A stretch of DNA of 64,000 nt from Oligosphaeraceae bacterium (GTDB lineage Bacteria > Verrucomicrobiota > Lentisphaeria > Oligosphaerales > Oligosphaeraceae), in NCBI GenBank assembly GCA_051884615.1, contig JBJEVT010000041.1, positions 125,898 to 189,897 of the forward strand, read 5' to 3'. The notes below the pieces were generated by a model, which saw only the letters and a program-made list of their open reading frames with translations, did not search any database and was not told the origin of the DNA. This document shows positions 62,280 through 64,000 of this stretch, in pieces. Position numbers and translations under genes: made by a program. Position 1 is the stretch's first letter. Each line of letters starts with the position of its first letter.

Positions 62280-64000
62280 ATGGTCGCCAGCCGTCGTTTT
62301 GAAATTGCCGAGCTTTTCCCCCAGCCCAAGGAAGTCATTCTGGGGGAGGGCATCAGCGAACTCGCCAAGGACGTCCGCCTGTCCACTTCCAACGTGCTGC
62401 CCATCCAGCGCAAGGCGTTGCGTTCCATCCTGAATCTGGCGGGGGTGCGGGTGGTGGCCAACAAGAAGAAGTATGTGGTGGACGCCCAGGTGCTGGAGGA
62501 ATCCGAATTCGACCTCTCCCGGGTGCCCGAGGCCGTGCGGCGGGACTACTACTCCCTGGAGATCCGGGGAAGCGAGGTGTTCATCCGCACTCCCCACCAG
62601 GAGGGCATGGTGTGGGCGGCGCAGACCCTGTCCAGCCTCTTCGCCATGATGTTCCACGGACGGGCGGTCCCCAACCTGGTGATCCACGACTGGCCTGTGG
62701 TGCCCCTCCGGGGCATTCTCGCCGGGGCGGACTGGGGCACGGAGCGGATGGATCCCGTGGCGTGGAACCAGATGCTGGACTGCATGAGCGCCATGCACCT
62801 CAATCTCTGCGGACTGGGAGTCTATGACTGCCGTCCCGCGAGCCGTCCCTTCCAAGCCACCCGTCCCTCGGAGTTCCTGCTGGCTCCCCTGGAGGAGGAG
62901 GGCGCGCCCTCTTCCCTGGTCTCCCGGAACCGCTATCGCTACTACAACGTGAAATACGACCGCTGGTATGACCGGGAGGCGGTGCCCGCGCTGGCGGAGG
63001 GGGAGGCCTTCACCGAGGTGCTCACCTACGGCAAGGAGCGGGGCGTGACCATCTTCCCCTACATGGAGCTGCTGGGCCATTCCACCCTGCTGCCCCGGCT
63101 GACGCCGGCCATCTCCGCCTGCGACGAGAAGGGACGTCCCACGGGACAGGGCCTGTGCCTCTCCTCCCCCGCCGCCCGCCAGGAGCTGGAAAAGGTGCTG
63201 GAAAGTTTCCTGAAACGCCATTTCCCCACCGACGTGGAGTTCTTCCACATCGGCCTGGATGACCTGTCCTCCATCCCCCTGCACGAGAATGACGGCGTGA
63301 AGGATGGCATCTGGTGCCGTTGCGCCAAGTGCCGGAAGGCGGGCCAGGCCGCTCTTCTGGCCTCCTATCTGAAGTGGATGGTGGATTTCCTCACCGCCCA
63401 CGGCGTGAAGCGGGTCCTCTTCTTCGGAGAGGAGCTCTGCCACGGAGGCAAACTGCTGGGCGCGGAGCTGGAAGCCCTGTTCCGGGACGAGGATTTCGCC
63501 TCCAAGGTGGTGGTGCATTGGCAGGGCCGGGTGCCCGCCTTCGCCCGCAAGGGCGCCCTGGCCAAGGTCCAAAGCTGGTATGGCCCCTGGATGAACCTGG
63601 GCAACCACACCTGGTTCAATGGCGATCTGGCCACCATGGACGCCAGTCTGGTGGAAGTGGTGGAGAAGCACGGCGAGGCCGCCCTGGTCCGGGGACAGTT
63701 CGATCCCGGATACTGGGAGCAGCTGGCTCTCCTGGGCGTGCGTTGCTGGGAAACCCCGGATGCCCAGGAGGACACGGTGCCCAATCTACGCCGCCGCTGG
63801 GCGGAACTGCAGTGGGGCAACATGGCGGAATCCTATCTGGAGCTGCTGGACGGACTGAAGAAACTGGCGGAATCGGAGCTCTGCCGCCAGATCCTGCCCA
63901 CCTGGCAAGTGGAGGAGAACGCCAAGGATCATGCGGTGCCCGCCTATCCCGAAAGCGTCCTGGCCGCCCTGCCCGCCGCCTCTGTCGCCCGTCTTGCCAA
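62280..64000 (+). CDS. Divergent GH20-like (beta-hexosaminidase fold) protein; 3' end lies outside the window
   Basis: The frame is open from ATG 62280 to the window end (checked by hand at 62700-63000, 63000-63270 and 63840-64000). The GH20b-like N-domain ends in IHDWPVVPLRGIL. Later come FPYMELLGHS and FFHIGLDD where GH20 has PEIDxPGH and HIGGDE. It is absent from the ORF track because no stop lies in the window. Confidence 0.7.
   Translation, partial: MVASRRFEIAELFPQPKEVILGEGISELAKDVRLSTSNVLPIQRKALRSILNLAGVRVVANKKKYVVDAQVLEESEFDLSRVPEAVRRDYYSLEIRGSEVFIRTPHQEGMVWAAQTLSSLFAMMFHGRAVPNLVIHDWPVVPLRGILAGADWGTERMDPVAWNQMLDCMSAMHLNLCGLGVYDCRPASRPFQATRPSEFLLAPLEEEGAPSSLVSRNRYRYYNVKYDRWYDREAVPALAEGEAFTEVLTYGKERGVTIFPYMELLGHSTLLPRLTPAISACDEKGRPTGQGLCLSSPAARQELEKVLESFLKRHFPTDVEFFHIGLDDLSSIPLHENDGVKDGIWCRCAKCRKAGQAALLASYLKWMVDFLTAHGVKRVLFFGEELCHGGKLLGAELEALFRDEDFASKVVVHWQGRVPAFARKGALAKVQSWYGPWMNLGNHTWFNGDLATMDASLVEVVEKHGEAALVRGQFDPGYWEQLALLGVRCWETPDAQEDTVPNLRRRWAELQWGNMAESYLELLDGLKKLAESELCRQILPTWQVEENAKDHAVPAYPESVLAALPAASVARLA

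Overview
This is a high-G+C bacterial chromosomal segment; a hand-counted 60-nt line in a core gene (24481-24540) has 42/60 G+C. I call about 50 protein genes or gene remnants and one tRNA-Ser(CGA). I see no rRNA, no CRISPR array and no intact transposase or integrase. The content is mostly housekeeping: valS, pyrF, icd, tmk, holB, rpsU, a cdsA-like gene, a PBP2-class transpeptidase, a UvrD-family helicase, Mrp/ApbC and a NifU-like gene. Glycan-degradation genes are interleaved: GH2 beta-galactosidase, GH2 beta-mannosidase, GH20 hexosaminidase, a divergent GH20-like protein and DUF4091. Together with C-rich, Shine-Dalgarno-poor start contexts, this suggests a PVC/Verrucomicrobia-like host-glycan degrader, which is inference only. 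Most long ORFs in the supplied track that lie antisense to these genes are high-G+C artefacts. The main observations are: (1) A low-G+C islet at 13.9-15.5 kb carries two tandem paralogous ~160-aa genes of unknown function with near-identical ends, a diverged core and strong SD sites; this is my best candidate for an undescribed accessory module. (2) A 31-nt AT-rich palindromic motif occurs three times in intergenic DNA (38816, 43159, 50930) with a compensatory arm change. (3) A second low-G+C islet at 52.85-54.9 kb is a scar of mobile or phage DNA. It holds a truncated tape-measure gene, a gene frameshifted in a G8 run, an orphan 119-aa ORF and a 5'-truncated gene fragment. (4) A seven-gene envelope operon combines MlaE/MlaF, a single-MCE protein with a long coiled-coil tail, a PqiC-like lipoprotein, a large TPR protein and a SurA-like PPIase. 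(5) Unusual architectures include an AroK::TtcA-like fusion, a GcvH-like protein without the lipoyl lysine, an MTHFR-like protein next to a DUF362/4Fe-4S protein, and a 29-codon bS22-like mini-gene with its own promoter and terminator that the ORF track misses. All functional calls rest on motif and family recognition by eye; no database search was possible.
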